A stretch of 64,000 nucleotides of DNA from Bacteroidales bacterium (GCA_041441395.1 JASDTD010000045.1:1154-65153), one strand, 5' to 3'. Shown: positions 17,147 through 27,886, counted from the stretch's first letter. The notes: generated by a model not told the origin, from the letters alone. Numbers and translations: made by a program.

Positions 17147-18502
17147 CTAAATATTTTTAATTGGTTTATAATTCTTTGTTGAAAAGTATATAGCAATAAG
17201 ACCTGCTATTGCTGCTACAAAAGATGTAATCAAGATAACTGCTTTTCCGGTATTAACCATATTTATATCGGAGAAGGCCAGATTATCAATAAAGATTGAC
17301 ATCGTAAATCCTATTCCGGCTATTATCCCGGCTGATAGAATTTGCATCCAGTTGATATCTCCGGGTAAATCGGCAATTTTGAATTTTACAGCCGTCCAGC
17401 TTGCAAGGAAAATACCAATTGGTTTTCCTAAAAGGAGACCGAAAAATATCCCCGGTACAATTGGTTCAAGAGGAGGGGTAAAAAGTGAAAAGTCAATGAT
17501 TACACCAGCATTGGCAAGTGCAAATATAGGCATTATTAAGAAGGTCACCCAGGGATGAAGCCCATGCTCAAATTTTATCATTAACGGGTGAATCTGTTTT
17601 AGCTTATGATGCATGCTATGGATTACCTGTTGTTGTACAGGATTAGCGAGAACCTCAATCCTGTGGCTGCTCTCTGCGCTAAATTTATTAAGCATGTACC
17701 TCATACCTACAATAAACCTTACCTCGTTAACAGTTGTTTTGCCGGGGATTGTCATAGCAACGAGTACTCCTGCTATAGTTGCGTGTATTCCGGAGCCCAG
17801 GAAAAGGAGCCAGACCAGTACACCCGGTATAATAAAAGCAGATGGTCTTCTGATTTTCATATAATTGAAAATTACCATAATAGCCAGGATGGCCATAGCA
17901 GACAAGAGCATCGTAAAGTTTATTTCACTTGTAGGATAAAAAATGGCAAGTACAACAATAGCACCCAGATCATCAACAATAGCAAGAGCTGTCAGGAATA
18001 TTTTGAGAGAGAGAGGGACTCTTGACCCCAGCAGAGATAAAATTCCCAGAGCAAAGGCAATGTCTGTTGCCATAGGTATTCCCCAGCCATTTGCACTAAT
18101 TTCACCATTGTTAAACATAAAATAGATAAGTGCAGGAACTACCATCCCCCCCAAAGCTGCAATGATTGGCAAAGATGCCTGTTTAACTGACGAAAGTTCT
18201 CCTACTAATATTTCTCTCTTGATTTCTAACCCTACAACAAAAAAGAAAATTGCCATCAATCCGTCATTAATCCAGTGGAGAAGTGACATTTTGAATTCAA
18301 AAGTTCCCAATTTGAAGCCAAGATATATATTGAGATAATCGTGAAGGTAAGACCAGGAGGGCACATTAGCGATTGTTATTGCAACAATCGCACAAATCAT
18401 TAATACAATTCCTCCTGATGACTGATTTCTGAAAAAAGTTTGAAAAACATTTCGTAACCCAAAACCCCTGTTGAATCTGATAATTTTCTTTAAAATATTC
18501 AT
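17147..18502 (-). CDS. nhaA: Na+/H+ antiporter
   Basis: HWINDGLMAIFFFVVGLEIKRE, ATDIAF, AIVDD, GKPIG and GIGFTMSIFI motifs. Confidence 0.96.
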   Translation of the reverse strand: MNILKKIIRFNRGFGLRNVFQTFFRNQSSGGIVLMICAIVAITIANVPSWSYLHDYLNIYLGFKLGTFEFKMSLLHWINDGLMAIFFFVVGLEIKREILVGELSSVKQASLPIIAALGGMVVPALIYFMFNNGEISANGWGIPMATDIAFALGILSLLGSRVPLSLKIFLTALAIVDDLGAIVVLAIFYPTSEINFTMLLSAMAILAIMVIFNYMKIRRPSAFIIPGVLVWLLFLGSGIHATIAGVLVAMTIPGKTTVNEVRFIVGMRYMLNKFSAESSHRIEVLANPVQQQVIHSMHHKLKQIHPLMIKFEHGLHPWVTFLIMPIFALANAGVIIDFSLFTPPLEPIVPGIFFGLLLGKPIGIFLASWTAVKFKIADLPGDINWMQILSAGIIAGIGFTMSIFIDNLAFSDINMVNTGKAVILITSFVAAIAGLIAIYFSTKNYKPIKNI

Positions 18503-19540
18503 CTATTTTGAGAAGTTATTGTTATTGAGTTTAACATATTGGGCAATCTTGTAAAGGATCCTTGCTCCAACATTGGCATCCCACTCATCGCTCTTCCCGG
18601 GAGAGATCTCGCAGAGGTCAAATCCAATTATTTTTCTATTTGAAGTTGCAAGTAAATAAAGGAGATAGTCTGCTTCTCTGAAGCTTAGGCCTCCGGGTAC
18701 AGGTGTGCCAGTATTTGGACAAAGATCAGGTGACAAACCATCAATGTCAAAACTTATGTATACTTTTGAAGGGAGTGAGGAGACTATCTCCTCGCACTGT
18801 TTCTTCCAGCTTTTTCCTTCAAAGGCATTGTTTTTTAATTCAATATCTGTATAACATCTAATCCGTGGATCAGTGTTTATAATCTCTGCCTCATCTTCAC
18901 AGAAATCTCTTATCCCAACCTGGGTAAGCTGAGATATTTGATTGATTTCATTTAAAGCGTTGTACATTATAGAGGCGTGAGAGTATGTAAAGCCTTCATA
19001 TGCCTTTCTTAAATCTGCATGGGCGTCAATATGAAGAATTCCAAATTCTTCACATAATTCAGAGACGGCTTTCATATTACCCAATGGGACGCTGTGATCT
19101 CCACCCACAATTCCGGTTATCTTGCCATCAGCAATTAATTGCCTGCAGGAATTGTAAACCAGGGTGTTAATGTTTGCACTTGCTCTGTTTACCTTATCAA
19201 TTTCCTCTGCAAACTCACTCTGTTCTTTACCGTTTTCCAGCCCTTCAATAACAGATTCCGCTATTTTTCTGAACTTCCTGTTCTCTTTTTCAATCTCTTT
19301 ATTAGTTGGCAGAGTTCCGATTTTTGTCTTCCATGCATTTGGAACATTAACATCGTAAAGATCCACCTGGAGAGATGCCTCCATAATTGCTCCCGGCCCT
19401 TTGTGGGTTCCTGCCCTGTATGATGTTGTGACATCCCAGGGAACAGATATAAGTGCAATTTCAGACTCCTCCAGGCTGTACGGAAGGGCGAAGTAATTTC
19501 CATTTGCCATTCCCGGGTCGTTGGGGTTGAAATTTGACAT
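18503..19540 (-). CDS. speB: Agmatinase/ureohydrolase
   Basis: GGDHS, DAHAD, SFDIDG and NTGTPVPGG metal-binding motifs. Confidence 0.85.
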   Translation of the reverse strand: MSNFNPNDPGMANGNYFALPYSLEESEIALISVPWDVTTSYRAGTHKGPGAIMEASLQVDLYDVNVPNAWKTKIGTLPTNKEIEKENRKFRKIAESVIEGLENGKEQSEFAEEIDKVNRASANINTLVYNSCRQLIADGKITGIVGGDHSVPLGNMKAVSELCEEFGILHIDAHADLRKAYEGFTYSHASIMYNALNEINQISQLTQVGIRDFCEDEAEIINTDPRIRCYTDIELKNNAFEGKSWKKQCEEIVSSLPSKVYISFDIDGLSPDLCPNTGTPVPGGLSFREADYLLYLLATSNRKIIGFDLCEISPGKSDEWDANVGARILYKIAQYVKLNNNNFSK

Positions 19541-19643
19541 AATTATCCTTATTTACTGTATAGTTTAAATTCTTACATCAATGCTCTCAGTCTCTTTCGT
19601 AAAAAATTTTGCGAAAATGAAACTATTCGATAACTTAGGGGAA

Positions 19644-19651
19644 CAAAGGTA
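19644..19651 (-). promoter_or_regulatory. -7 element (TACCTTTG) for the speB-nhaA operon, leader about 100 nt
   Basis: Consensus match in the speB/recQ intergenic region. Confidence 0.65.
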
Positions 19652-19695
19652 ACTTTTTTTAATGAAATTTTGAATTTTTCGGATACACAATAAAT

Positions 19696-21894
19696 ATGCA
19701 AACCAGTTCTGAGTTTTTGCACAATCAGCTTAAGCAATTTTTCGGCTTTGATAGCTTCAAAGGTGAACAGGAAGAGGTCATAAGGCATCTTATGTCAGGC
19801 AACGATTCTTTTGTTCTGATGCCTACAGGTGGAGGGAAGTCCCTTTGCTATCAGCTTCCTGCGCTGCTGATGCCGGGAGTTGCTATTATTATATCACCAC
19901 TTATAGCTTTAATGAAGAATCAGGTGGATGCAATAAGGGGATTTGTAATTGAAAAGGAGGGGATTGCCCACTTTTTGAATTCGTCACTTAACAAAGCACA
20001 GATTCAGGAAGTTAAGGATGATCTCCTCTCCGGTCAGACAAAATTACTCTATGTTGCACCTGAGTCTCTTACAAAAGAGGAGAATATAAACCTTCTTAAA
20101 CAGGTGAAAATATCATTCTATGCAGTTGACGAGGCTCACTGTATCTCTGAATGGGGTCACGATTTCCGCCCGGAGTACAGGAGAATTAACTCCATTGTCC
20201 AGGAGATTGGTGAAGCTCCAGTAATTGCTCTTACAGCTACTGCAACACCCAAGGTCCAAAATGATATTCAGAGAAATCTGGGCATGCTGGAGGCAAAGGT
20301 TTTCAAAACATCTTTCAACAGGCAGAATTTATACTATGAAATTAGATCTAAGATTAATACTGAGAGGGAGATAATCAAGTTTATAAAATCAAATCAGGGT
20401 AAATCAGGAATTATCTACTGTCTGAGCAGAAAAAAGGTTGAGGAGGTGGCACAATTGCTCTCTGTGAATGGAATTAAAGCTCTTCCTTATCATGCAGGTC
20501 TTGATGCATCAACAAGAGCATCCAATCAGGATAAATTCTTAATGGAGGATGTTGATGTAATTGTAGCTACAATTGCTTTTGGAATGGGTATAGATAAACC
20601 GGATGTAAGATTTGTCATTCACTATGATATTCCTAAAAGTCTGGAGAGCTATTATCAGGAGACCGGCCGCTCCGGAAGAGACGGAGGGGAGGGGAAATGC
20701 ATAGCATTCTATTCTTACAAAGACATTCAGAAGCTGGAGAAATTTATGCAGGGTAAGCCGATTTCCGAGCAGGAGATTGGCAGGCAACTCCTGTTGGAGA
20801 CTGCTGCATACGCCGAGTCCAGCCTTTGCAGGAGAAAGATATTGCTGAATTATTTTGGAGAGGAGTATATGGAGGATAATTGCGGAGCTTGTGACAATTG
20901 TCTTGTTCCTAAGAAAATGTTCGATGGCAGGGAGGATGTTGCTCTCCTTCTTGAACTAATATTATCTATGAAGGAGCAGTTTAAAGCTGAGCATCTGGCA
21001 AATATTCTTGCAGGAGTCTCTAACTCGATTATTAAATCTTACAACCATCATAATATTGAATTCTTTGGTGCCGGAAAGACAAAAGGTGTTCGTTTCTGGC
21101 TGGCGGTAATCAGGCAGTCTCTTGTACACCACCTTATCGAGAAAGACATTGAGCGCTATGGATTAATTTCCTGCACAGATTCAGGAAAAGCTTTTTTTGA
21201 GAACCCGGTTGAGATTATGCTTGCCGAAGACAGAGAGTATGCTGATGGAGAGTCAGATGATGAGACAGTTGTACCCGGTGGCTCAAAAGCCTCATCAGCA
21301 GGAGATGAAATACTCCTGGCGATGTTAAAGGATTTAAGACAATCGGTCTCCAAGAGACATAAGCTTCCTCCGTTTGTAGTCTTCTCTGATCCTTCTCTTG
21401 AGGATATGTCTATACATTATCCAATTTCCCTTGAAGAGCTTAAGAATTGCCAGGGGGTGGGAGAGGGTAAGGCTAAAAAATTCGGGAAGGAGTTTGTTGA
21501 GCTTATTTCCAAATATGTTAATGAAAACGAAATAGAGAGACCGGTTGATTTTGTTGTAAAGTCAGTAGTTAATAAATCGGCTATAAAAGTCTCAATAATT
21601 CAGGGTATTGACAGGAAATTGCCATTGGAAGATATTGCTGAATCTAAAGGGCTGGAGATGGATGAAATCCTGAATGAGATAGAGGCAATAGTAAACTCAG
21701 GAACAAAAATAAATATCGACTATTATATCCGTCAGACAATTGATGAGGATAAAACAGACGATATTTATGAGTACTTCAGGACAGAGGCGGTCTCGGACTC
21801 TCTGAAGGAGGCCTCTGATGAGCTTGGCCGAGGCTATACTGAGGAGGAGATAAGACTTGTCAGAATAAAATTTCTTGCTGAGATGGGCAACTGA
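19696..21894 (+). CDS. recQ: DNA helicase RecQ
   Basis: MPTGGGKS, DEAH, WGHDFRP and QETGRSGRDG motifs; RQC Zn cysteines; HRDC domain. Confidence 0.97.
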   Translation: MQTSSEFLHNQLKQFFGFDSFKGEQEEVIRHLMSGNDSFVLMPTGGGKSLCYQLPALLMPGVAIIISPLIALMKNQVDAIRGFVIEKEGIAHFLNSSLNKAQIQEVKDDLLSGQTKLLYVAPESLTKEENINLLKQVKISFYAVDEAHCISEWGHDFRPEYRRINSIVQEIGEAPVIALTATATPKVQNDIQRNLGMLEAKVFKTSFNRQNLYYEIRSKINTEREIIKFIKSNQGKSGIIYCLSRKKVEEVAQLLSVNGIKALPYHAGLDASTRASNQDKFLMEDVDVIVATIAFGMGIDKPDVRFVIHYDIPKSLESYYQETGRSGRDGGEGKCIAFYSYKDIQKLEKFMQGKPISEQEIGRQLLLETAAYAESSLCRRKILLNYFGEEYMEDNCGACDNCLVPKKMFDGREDVALLLELILSMKEQFKAEHLANILAGVSNSIIKSYNHHNIEFFGAGKTKGVRFWLAVIRQSLVHHLIEKDIERYGLISCTDSGKAFFENPVEIMLAEDREYADGESDDETVVPGGSKASSAGDEILLAMLKDLRQSVSKRHKLPPFVVFSDPSLEDMSIHYPISLEELKNCQGVGEGKAKKFGKEFVELISKYVNENEIERPVDFVVKSVVNKSAIKVSIIQGIDRKLPLEDIAESKGLEMDEILNEIEAIVNSGTKINIDYYIRQTIDEDKTDDIYEYFRTEAVSDSLKEASDELGRGYTEEEIRLVRIKFLAEMGN

Positions 21895-21905
21895 CAGGTT
21901 AAGGC

Positions 21906-23408
21906 CTATCCGCAGTGATAATAAAGATCTACAAGATCCTTCATTTTTGAGGGATCTTTTTTTGTCTCGCTTCGAATATCTTTATCGTTATAAGATTTGA
22001 GTTTTTTTATTACTCCGTCAATCAGTGCAGAAGAGAAAACTCCATCTTTTTCGTATATGGATCTTTTCTTTTCCAGCTCTTCGGCAGATTCCCAGCAGGA
22101 GGCAGGGAGCTGTTCCAGGGATAGTAATTTCTCCTCGTGCTTTTTGTCGTGTATGTTTACATCAACATAGCATCTCTCTGCTATCTCCAGAGCATTTTGA
22201 TTTTCAAAACCTGTCCTTGCCGCAACAACCAGACCGGCAAGCATCATATATATGTCTGCAGATCCGTCAGGTGATCTCATCTCAACAGTCTGCTTATCAA
22301 ATATCATATCCTCTCTTGGCTTCTCTTTAGGGTTTGCTATTGATAACATATCGTGTCCTCCTGTCCATCCAAGAGGGACTCTGACAAGTACAGACCTGTT
22401 TCTGTCTCCCCAGCAAATGCTTGTGGGAGCCTCCTGATGAGGAACCAGTCTGAAATAGGAGGTAGGGTTGGTATTTCCAAAAGCAGTCAGAGATGATGCG
22501 CACTGCATATATCCTGCAATAGCCCTCTTTGCAGATAGTGAAAGAGATCCGTTCTCGGTCATTATTGATTTACCATCTTTAAGCATTCTTGTGTGAAAGT
22601 GAAGTCCACTCCCGGCTTTGCCAATTGTTATTTTTGGCGCAAAAGTCACATCCAGTCCATATTTGAATGCAAGTGTCCGTATAATCCACTTGGCAATTAC
22701 AAGCTGATCTGCAGCTGATTCAACAGGGGAGACAAGGAACTCAATTTCATTTTGCTCATATACTTTCCCGTCTAGTCTAAAGTTGCCAACTTCTGAGTGT
22801 CCGTATTTTATCATCCCTCCGGCTTGTGCAATCAGGTTCATCGCTTCTGTACGAAAATGCTCAAATTTTGTAAATGGCTCTGCTTCATGATAACCTTTCT
22901 GATTTTCTGCAGGGAAAAGGGGCTCCTCGATATCGCATACATAAAATTCCAGCTCACCCATAGCCTCAAAAGTTAGCCCCGTTGATGCGGTAAAAGATGC
23001 AGCAGCCTTTCTGAGAGTATATTCCGGAGAGCTCTCAAGCGGAGTACTATCTTTTGTAAAGTATGAACAAAGTAGTCCAAGTGCCGGAATCTCAGAAAAG
23101 GGATCTGCATATGCGGTTGAAAACCTTGGAATTACATACAGGTCACTTGAGCCTGCTTCAATGAAAGGAAAAAGACTTGAACCATCAACTCTCTCTCCGT
23201 ATGTAAGAATGGACTCGGCATAGTCCAGGCTTGTTACAGGGAAGTTGAGTGTTTTCAGTCTTCCGTCAGCCGCTACATATCTAAAATTTATCAGCCTGAT
23301 ATCGTTGTCTGTAATGTATTGCAGTATATCCTTTTTAGTAAATTCAGACTGGGGTTTGTTAAGGTGTTTTACAAGAGGATTAATGGTGTATTGTAATTTT
23401 GAATCCAT
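21906..23408 (-). CDS. glnA: Glutamine synthetase, type I family
   Basis: DGSS, GELEF, HSEV, GSGLHFH, RLVPHQEAP, NRS and EMRSPD motifs; TATATTTG promoter at 23440-23447. Confidence 0.9.
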   Translation of the reverse strand: MDSKLQYTINPLVKHLNKPQSEFTKKDILQYITDNDIRLINFRYVAADGRLKTLNFPVTSLDYAESILTYGERVDGSSLFPFIEAGSSDLYVIPRFSTAYADPFSEIPALGLLCSYFTKDSTPLESSPEYTLRKAAASFTASTGLTFEAMGELEFYVCDIEEPLFPAENQKGYHEAEPFTKFEHFRTEAMNLIAQAGGMIKYGHSEVGNFRLDGKVYEQNEIEFLVSPVESAADQLVIAKWIIRTLAFKYGLDVTFAPKITIGKAGSGLHFHTRMLKDGKSIMTENGSLSLSAKRAIAGYMQCASSLTAFGNTNPTSYFRLVPHQEAPTSICWGDRNRSVLVRVPLGWTGGHDMLSIANPKEKPREDMIFDKQTVEMRSPDGSADIYMMLAGLVVAARTGFENQNALEIAERCYVDVNIHDKKHEEKLLSLEQLPASCWESAEELEKKRSIYEKDGVFSSALIDGVIKKLKSYNDKDIRSETKKDPSKMKDLVDLYYHCG

Positions 23409-23486
23409 AGATAACTAATGGTTAATGTTTAAGATTAAGCAAATATAGTAAAAGGATGATTTAGTTTTTTAATAACTTTGTGGGCT

Positions 23487-25793
23487 ATGTTCCCAAAGAA
23501 AAAAGTCTATATTATATCAGCCAGTGTTGTTGCAATTATTGCTATTGCAATTATTGCAATCGTTAAATTGCAGGGTAAAAAAGAGGAGGTTTCTCATTTT
23601 GTATCAGATACATACAGGACTCTCCATGCTGTTCCTGTTGATGCTGTTGGATTATGGATATTCAAATCACCTTCTGTTTTAGGGGATAATCTTCTCTCTG
23701 GAAAACATCCCTTCTCTTCGTTATTGGATCAGCAGAGCGGCCTTTTTAAGATTGCAAACAGATTATCATACCTTCTTAAAAGTGATAAGAGATTGTCATT
23801 TCTTGAAAAATCAGATATTAGCACCTCTTTACACTATGCAGGGAAAAATGAGGTCTCCGTTCTTATTTCACTAAACCTTGAGCATTTAGAGGGCCCGGAG
23901 GAGAGTGCACTCCTGGAAAAACTTACTGAGGGTAATAAAGGAACATACAGAGATTTTAACGGAGCAATCCTTTACAACTCCTCAGGAGCAATAGTAACGA
24001 TTCACAAAGATTTTCTGATTGCTTCAACCTCTCCATTGCTTGTAGAGGCCTCCGTAAGGCATTTGAATACGGGCGTCTCAATTCTGGATAATACAGATTT
24101 CAAAAAAATTGCCTCTGAAACGGAGGTTGAGGATAATCTTCTTTTTATAAATCATATTCAGATTGGAAAATTATTCTCCGGTTTATCTGCATCAAAATAT
24201 CTTAAATACGCTGATTTCCTTTCAAAATTTTCATCCTGGAGTGTAATGAATGCATCATTTGATGAGAATCAGCTATTATTTGAAGGGAGTTTATATAATA
24301 TTAAAGGAGCAGGAAATTTTGCTTCTTCCCTGGAGTGGAGATCCCGAGGAGAATCACATGCAAAGTATATTGTTCCTCATAACACTTTTTTACTATTGAC
24401 CCTTTCTCCGGAAGATCTTGATAAGGATATAGATAAAATAAGAGAATACAGAGAGTTGTCAAAAAAACTCAATCAACAGAACTGGGAAAAGGCCAAGGAG
24501 TGGCTGTCGGCATCAGAGACAAAAGAGATTTCATTTGCTGCAATTCCATACGGAGGCAGACTGGAATGGGTTACACTAATCAGACATTCAAAAGGGAATA
24601 TTTTTACAAGGTTGAAGAGATCCCTGTTTACAAAAAGCAGTTTGATAAAGGATACGATTACTCAGAATGAGTACTCAGGATTAGCCGGTGAGCTGATAGG
24701 ATCATTATTTCTCTCAAATAAAGAAGAATTTAAGCTTTCAACAGGAGATTGGACCATACTGGGATCAGAGGAGATTCTTAAAGAATTCGCCTACGGAAAA
24801 ACATCAAAGTTTTCAATGGCCAGTTTTATTGATCAGACACCTGCCTCCGGATCAATTTCACTAGGGGATGCTCCATTTTCGTTCACGGTGAATTATACTG
24901 GTCTTCAGGACACTATTTCATCTCTCTTTAAAAAGGGGATATCAGAGAGTATTCGTGAAAATTTATCAAAAAGAAATCTAGGTATTATACAGTTTGAAAC
25001 AAAGCCTTTTGAGAAAAGGCCTGATTTTAAGATAGTATTCTACACACGAAATTTGGAGAAATTACCGGTTCCTCCTGTTGATGAAACAGAGAAAGGACCG
25101 GGCGGATGGCAAGCAGATACTATAGTAAAGGTCCCGGAAGGGCCGTTTGAGTTAAGAAACTTTGAGACAGGTGAAAAAGAGTATCTGATACAGCTCAGGA
25201 ATTACAGGCTTCAGCTGGCAGATAAAGACCTTAAGGGTATTTGGGCGATTCCGTTCCAGACTCCTTTACGTGGTTATGTTGAGCAGGTGGATTACTTTAA
25301 TAACGGAAAGTTACAAATGCTGTTTGCAAGTGGAAATGTGGTTTATTTGCTTGACAGGACAGGAAGATATGTAAACCCTTATCCTAAAAAAATCGCTAAA
25401 CTTGTTGAATTGGGGCCAAAAGTTTATAGATCTGGCGACTCCTTTATGATTATGCTTCTTCATACCGATAATACATTAGGTTTGTATGATAAGGAGTGCA
25501 GACCGGTTCAGACGTGGACAGATATAGAAGTAGAGGAGACAATCAAGGAATTCCCTGAATTGATTGAAGTTGGGGGGAATAAATACTGGGTATTAAGAAC
25601 TCAGCTGAAGACAAGAATATACACAATTAATGGAATGGAAGTTACAACAGCATTGGGGAATTCATCACTTCTGCCAACAACTCCAATTAAGAGATCCTCC
25701 GGTCACGAGGTAGAGGTAAGAAGGGCAGATGGTATTGAAATCCGATTAAATCTGGAGACAGGAGAAATTAAAAAACTGAAAAAGAGGAGATAA
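23487..25793 (+). CDS. Membrane-anchored DUF3352-like protein with C-terminal beta-propeller-like region (start ATG 23487)
   Basis: N-terminal TM anchor; AVP-x-DA start; QVDYFNNGKLQMLF repeat-like motif; TAACTTTG at 23473-23480. Confidence 0.6.
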   Translation: MFPKKKVYIISASVVAIIAIAIIAIVKLQGKKEEVSHFVSDTYRTLHAVPVDAVGLWIFKSPSVLGDNLLSGKHPFSSLLDQQSGLFKIANRLSYLLKSDKRLSFLEKSDISTSLHYAGKNEVSVLISLNLEHLEGPEESALLEKLTEGNKGTYRDFNGAILYNSSGAIVTIHKDFLIASTSPLLVEASVRHLNTGVSILDNTDFKKIASETEVEDNLLFINHIQIGKLFSGLSASKYLKYADFLSKFSSWSVMNASFDENQLLFEGSLYNIKGAGNFASSLEWRSRGESHAKYIVPHNTFLLLTLSPEDLDKDIDKIREYRELSKKLNQQNWEKAKEWLSASETKEISFAAIPYGGRLEWVTLIRHSKGNIFTRLKRSLFTKSSLIKDTITQNEYSGLAGELIGSLFLSNKEEFKLSTGDWTILGSEEILKEFAYGKTSKFSMASFIDQTPASGSISLGDAPFSFTVNYTGLQDTISSLFKKGISESIRENLSKRNLGIIQFETKPFEKRPDFKIVFYTRNLEKLPVPPVDETEKGPGGWQADTIVKVPEGPFELRNFETGEKEYLIQLRNYRLQLADKDLKGIWAIPFQTPLRGYVEQVDYFNNGKLQMLFASGNVVYLLDRTGRYVNPYPKKIAKLVELGPKVYRSGDSFMIMLLHTDNTLGLYDKECRPVQTWTDIEVEETIKEFPELIEVGGNKYWVLRTQLKTRIYTINGMEVTTALGNSSLLPTTPIKRSSGHEVEVRRADGIEIRLNLETGEIKKLKKRR

Positions 25794-26060
25794 ATGGAAG
25801 GTTTTATTACATTTATATTTACAGCAGTATTAATAATTTTCATTCTTTCAAGAGTGGCTCCGTTATTGCTTACCTGGTGGGTTAAGAAGAAAATATCTAA
25901 TCTGTCAGGAGGTCATGATCCCTTCATGGAGGTAAATAATAAAGATGGCAGAAAAATTACGGAGGTGGACGGAACTATCGTCAGTGATCAAGTTGAAAGA
26001 GATAAGATAGTAGATAGTGATGTAGGTGAATATATTGATTTCGAAGAGAGCAAAAAATAA
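25794..26060 (+). CDS. DUF4834-like small membrane protein
   Basis: N-terminal TM helix; C-terminal GEYIDFEE motif. Confidence 0.7.
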   Translation: MEGFITFIFTAVLIIFILSRVAPLLLTWWVKKKISNLSGGHDPFMEVNNKDGRKITEVDGTIVSDQVERDKIVDSDVGEYIDFEESKK

Positions 26061-27886
26061 TGGATACATTTAAGCGTCTGCTGGCTTATGCCAAACCACA
26101 CAGAAATTACTGGCCTGTCTATCTGGTATTGAGTATTTTAGGATTGCTCTTCAGTCTGGTTAATTTCGCTCTTTTCAAGCCATTGCTTGTTGTTGTTTTT
26201 GAACCATCTGCACTAAGAATCGTAGAGAACAGACCAGATTTCACACTATCACTGGATTATTTTAATGATATCTTTCAGTATTATCTGGGGAGCATTATGG
26301 TTACTCACGGAACACTAAGAGGACTGGCATTCGTCTGTATAATGCTTATTTTATTCACTTTTATGGCAGGGGTAATCAAATATTTGTCTCAACGAGTAAT
26401 TGTAAGAGTCAGGGTTACCATAATGCAGAGAATCAGGGAAGATCTCTTCAGAAAAATATCAACTCTCCATATAGGCTATTTTACCAATAAAAGAAAGGGT
26501 GATATTCTCTCAAGTATATCAAATGATGTTACAGAGGTCCAGAACAGTGTTGCAAACAGTTTTCATGTAATATTCAGAGATCCCCTGCAGGTTATTGGTT
26601 TTCTTGCTGCGCTGGTGTATATGTCGCCAAGATTAACAATAGTTACCCTTGTAACACTACCAGTATCGGCTTTTATAATTACCAGAATTACCAGATCACT
26701 GAGAAAAGGGGCAATTGATACACAAATGTACATTGGCAGGATATTAAGCCAATTTGAAGAGGCTATATCCGGATCCAGAATTATTAAGGCATTTAATGCT
26801 CAGAATTATGTGAGAAAAGCATTTTCCGAGACTAATGACGCACATAAAAATTCCAGCAAAAAGATGTTTTACAGGCAAGAGATGGCAAGCCCTTTCTCTG
26901 AGTTTATGGGAATTTCAATAGCAGTAGCAATTCTCTTTTTTGCAGGTTTTATGCATCTCACGGGAAGATTAGGAATGGATTTGCCCTCTCTGATGATTTA
27001 TATTGCATTTTACTGGAAGGTTCTTGAACCGGCAAAATCTATATCAAATACTTACGCAATGATTCAAAGAGGGCTTGTCTCAGGTGAAAGGATTTTCTCA
27101 ATTCTGGACGAGCCGGCAGCAATTAAAAAGCCGGATAATCCGGTTAGAATAGATACATTCAAAGAGTCAGTAGAGTTTAAGGGTGTTAGTTTTAAATATA
27201 ATAATGAGCCTGTTCTTAAGAATATCTCTTTCAGGTTGGATAAAGGAAAGATGTTTGCTCTGGTTGGACCTTCAGGTGCAGGTAAGACAACATTAGTTGA
27301 TCTTATTCCGCGATATTATGATGTTTCATCAGGGTCTATTGAGATAGATGGCAGAGATATAAGGGATTATGCTCCAAAAGATTTAATAGCTCTTATGGGT
27401 ATTGTAACTCAGGAGGCTATCCTGTTTAACGATACTGTATTTAATAACATAACTTTTGGGATGGATAGCGTTAAAAAGGATGATGTTATTGCTGCAGCCA
27501 AAATTGCAAATGCTCATGAATTTATCATGCAAATGGAGCAGGGGTATGAAACAAATATTGGTGACAGGGGAGGTAAATTATCGGGCGGACAGAGACAACG
27601 CCTTGCGATAGCTCGGGCAGTACTTAAAAACCCGCCAATACTAATATTGGACGAAGCTACCTCTGCATTGGATACAGAAAGTGAGAGGCTTGTTCAGGAG
27701 GCACTTACCAATCTGATGAAGAACAGAACATCAATAGTTATTGCACACAGACTATCAACTATTCAGCACGCAGATGAGATAATTGTTTTGAAAGAGGGAG
27801 AAATAGTTGAGATGGGTAACCATAGTGATCTGATAAAACAAAAAGGGCTATATTCGCACTTGTGCAAATTGCAAACATTTGAATAA
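26060..27886 (+). CDS. MsbA-like ABC exporter (TMD + NBD)
   Basis: Multi-TM N-domain; GPSGAGKT, LSGGQRQR, ILDEATSALD and AHRLST motifs. Confidence 0.92.
   Translation: MDTFKRLLAYAKPHRNYWPVYLVLSILGLLFSLVNFALFKPLLVVVFEPSALRIVENRPDFTLSLDYFNDIFQYYLGSIMVTHGTLRGLAFVCIMLILFTFMAGVIKYLSQRVIVRVRVTIMQRIREDLFRKISTLHIGYFTNKRKGDILSSISNDVTEVQNSVANSFHVIFRDPLQVIGFLAALVYMSPRLTIVTLVTLPVSAFIITRITRSLRKGAIDTQMYIGRILSQFEEAISGSRIIKAFNAQNYVRKAFSETNDAHKNSSKKMFYRQEMASPFSEFMGISIAVAILFFAGFMHLTGRLGMDLPSLMIYIAFYWKVLEPAKSISNTYAMIQRGLVSGERIFSILDEPAAIKKPDNPVRIDTFKESVEFKGVSFKYNNEPVLKNISFRLDKGKMFALVGPSGAGKTTLVDLIPRYYDVSSGSIEIDGRDIRDYAPKDLIALMGIVTQEAILFNDTVFNNITFGMDSVKKDDVIAAAKIANAHEFIMQMEQGYETNIGDRGGKLSGGQRQRLAIARAVLKNPPILILDEATSALDTESERLVQEALTNLMKNRTSIVIAHRLSTIQHADEIIVLKEGEIVEMGNHSDLIKQKGLYSHLCKLQTFE

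Noticed and set aside
16424-19540. Genome-wide TAG reassignment or pyrrolysine recoding
   Set aside because: TAG ends many full-length conserved genes at their expected C-termini (mraY, murC, glnA, ansA, udk, mraZ), and no conserved gene is interrupted by TAG.
19541-19643. Guanidine riboswitch upstream of the ureohydrolase
   Set aside because: No paired ACGR-loop hairpins or guanidine-I conserved blocks are visible; the leader is very AU-rich.
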